A DNA stretch of 64,000 nucleotides from Macrostomum lignano (Eukaryota): assembly GCA_002269645.1 (NCBI GenBank), contig NIVC01000035.1, positions 186,001-250,000 of the forward strand, given 5' to 3'. Shown in pieces: positions 62,154 through 64,000 of this stretch. Under the pieces are notes generated by a model that had not been told where the DNA came from, did not search any database, and saw only the letters and a program-made list of their open reading frames with translations. Numbering within the stretch: the stretch's first letter is position 1; every line of letters starts with the position of its first letter. A program made the translations under genes and the position numbers.

Positions 62154-63353
62154 TTATTTAATCCAGTCAGCATCGCGAGAAGCCGCAGGCCAGATGCACA
62201 GAAAGAAAAGCGCATTGAACGCGCTGGCGCCCAAATAGCTAGCAAAGCAGATTTTGTCTTTGTGTCGCACTAAAAAGGATAGAAAAACGGCCAAGCGTCG
62301 GGCAATTATCGACCGTCGTTTCTCAGCGGACTCGGACTGCGTGCGATGAGCTGCCACTTGAGGAAAACGGAAAACTGCAACAAAGGTGAAGAAGATCAGT
62401 ATAAGCATCTGGGTGATTAGGAATGTTCCAACCAGAGGAATGATGTTCATCGACTTGGGCGCGGATTGGGAAGCGATGAGGACGTACAGCGTCATAGACA
62501 TGATGATGGCGATTGACACGTTAGCTCGGTCGCCTTGCTGCTCAGCGAAGAACATGATACTAGCCAGTAGCGACAACAGTTCGTACGGCACAATCATCAG
62601 GATTGCGTAATACGTCACGCGACGTTGCAGAAAGAATCGCAAATTGACAAACTGGAACGTGGAGCTGTTATCTACAACCATGTACTTGACGCTGTGGGTG
62701 AGTCCGGCCAAGTCCCACTCGCCTACACTAAAAAAAGCGCTGCTATCAGACGTACTGGCACTCATTCTGCTGGTCAGAGTAAAGCTAAAAACGCTGGATG
62801 GCGAGTTGATAGCTCCGATTTCCAGTGTGCACACCTGTCGATCAAATGGAAATAAACGCATATCCAGAGAGCAAGGAAATTGGATCACTGTGTAAATGTA
62901 GGTAAATACGGAACCATCCGGAGACGCGATTGTTTCGAGGAATTTCGAGTTGCGCAAATCGAACAACTCGACCGATTTAGCGTTCCAATAGCCGATGTCG
63001 GGTATTCACAGGCTGTTCCTGTCAAGTCGTATCTGATTCACGCCAGTCTCAGTAGCGTTCCAGGCTAGTCTTGGATCGCGCCACGACATCAGTACCCAGC
63101 CGGACCATTCTAGCAGTTCTTCATCACCTAGTCCGTAGACTGTCTTCACATCAATGTTCACATGTACGGTGGTGTTGTAACCACTGAGACTGGGTGGCTG
63201 CATAGACCGGCACTGGGACAGATACTGCGGGCCGACGCTCTGAGTCAGGGCTCTGCAGACGGGTCCGTCAGTGTTGGTTGACGGATCCAGGCAGTCTGAA
63301 GGCTGCAGCGTTAGAGCCAAGGCTAGAAACAGTAATTGCATGTGTTCTTGCAT
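62154..63353 (-). CDS. Intronless nAChR-like Cys-loop ligand-gated ion channel subunit with one in-frame TGA (63006-63008); pseudogene or recoded
   Basis: ORFs 63006-63353 and 62154-62966 are in the same frame. Joined they read signal peptide...WRDPRLAWN...RNSL*IPDIGYWN...CSLDMRLFPFDRQVC (Cys loop)...M1 YYAILMIVP, M2 GDRANVSIAIIMSMTL, M3, short loop, M4. Confidence 0.88.
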
Positions 63354-64000
63354 AACTATATATTACTCTAGACTTATTGCTTAATGATGGACAGTTGGAA
63401 TTTGTGAGCACTTGTCTGAGACAAGCTTTCTGCCTCACTAATTATAATACCAAGGGATATGGAGCAGTGGAGACAAGTTGCAAGCTTTTGATTGGCTAGC
63501 GGAGCTGCGTACGATAGAAGTCAATTATTAAGGGAATGCGAAATCCATGGCAGTTCGGCAGACATAAGCTGAACATTTTAGAGGCAATCAGACACAGGCT
63601 TCTTGATATTACGAACTGATGCGATAAGTTACAATGCCCAAGTTTTATTAAAGCAGTGGAAACTGCACTGGTATCGAAGCTATGCTCAGTGAATTCAGCC
63701 AGATACTTTACCCAGTAAATATTTCAAGCAGGTTGAACAAACTCCGTCGAAGCAAGAGTACCAGCTTGAACCAGCTAAACAAACTACTTGAGAACCTCTT
63801 GTTTCATCTGTAGAAAAGCAAAAGCAATTTTTTTTGATTCGAGAAAACTTTCAGTCAGCAGCAGCGGTGACTTAGCTGTCGGTTTGGTAAGCAAAGGAGA
63901 TTAATAATTTACCGATATGGGACTGCAGAAAAGGAATAGGACTAGACAGCAACTGTTTACCTGCTAAAACACTTCACAGTGATGAAATGTTTGAAAAGTG

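Overview
Animal genomic DNA: GT-AG introns, AT-rich intergenic stretches and many tandem repeats, with no prokaryotic features. A spiralian invertebrate, possibly a Macrostomum-like flatworm, is my inference from gene content. From left to right: (1) An intact Mcr/TEP6-type thioester-protein-family gene (<1-21560, 13 exons in consistent phase) with an LDLa module, a degenerate thioester site (GSAES) and a C-terminal hydrophobic anchor. Its 10.9-kb fourth intron holds two tandem copies of a TIR-bounded element, each carrying a ~662-bp satellite, nested in the (CA)n tract of a probable tRNA-SINE. (2) A diverged tandem Mcr-like paralogue (22762-31623) broken by at least seven lesions. (3) A REV7/MAD2L2-like HORMA ORF with no ATG. 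(4) A class A GPCR with one frameshift. (5) An AT-rich, MITE-rich interval. (6) A C2H2-zinc-finger plus TALE-homeodomain gene (PYP loop, WFANKR), resembling spiralian-specific TALE/SPILE genes, lying tail-to-tail with a Bsx/Barx-like NK-class homeobox gene. (7) A small two-TM protein gene. (8) An intronless, divergent nAChR-like Cys-loop channel with an in-frame TGA exactly at the invariant Trp of WxPD. All exon models and family assignments were made by eye, and no database searches were run.
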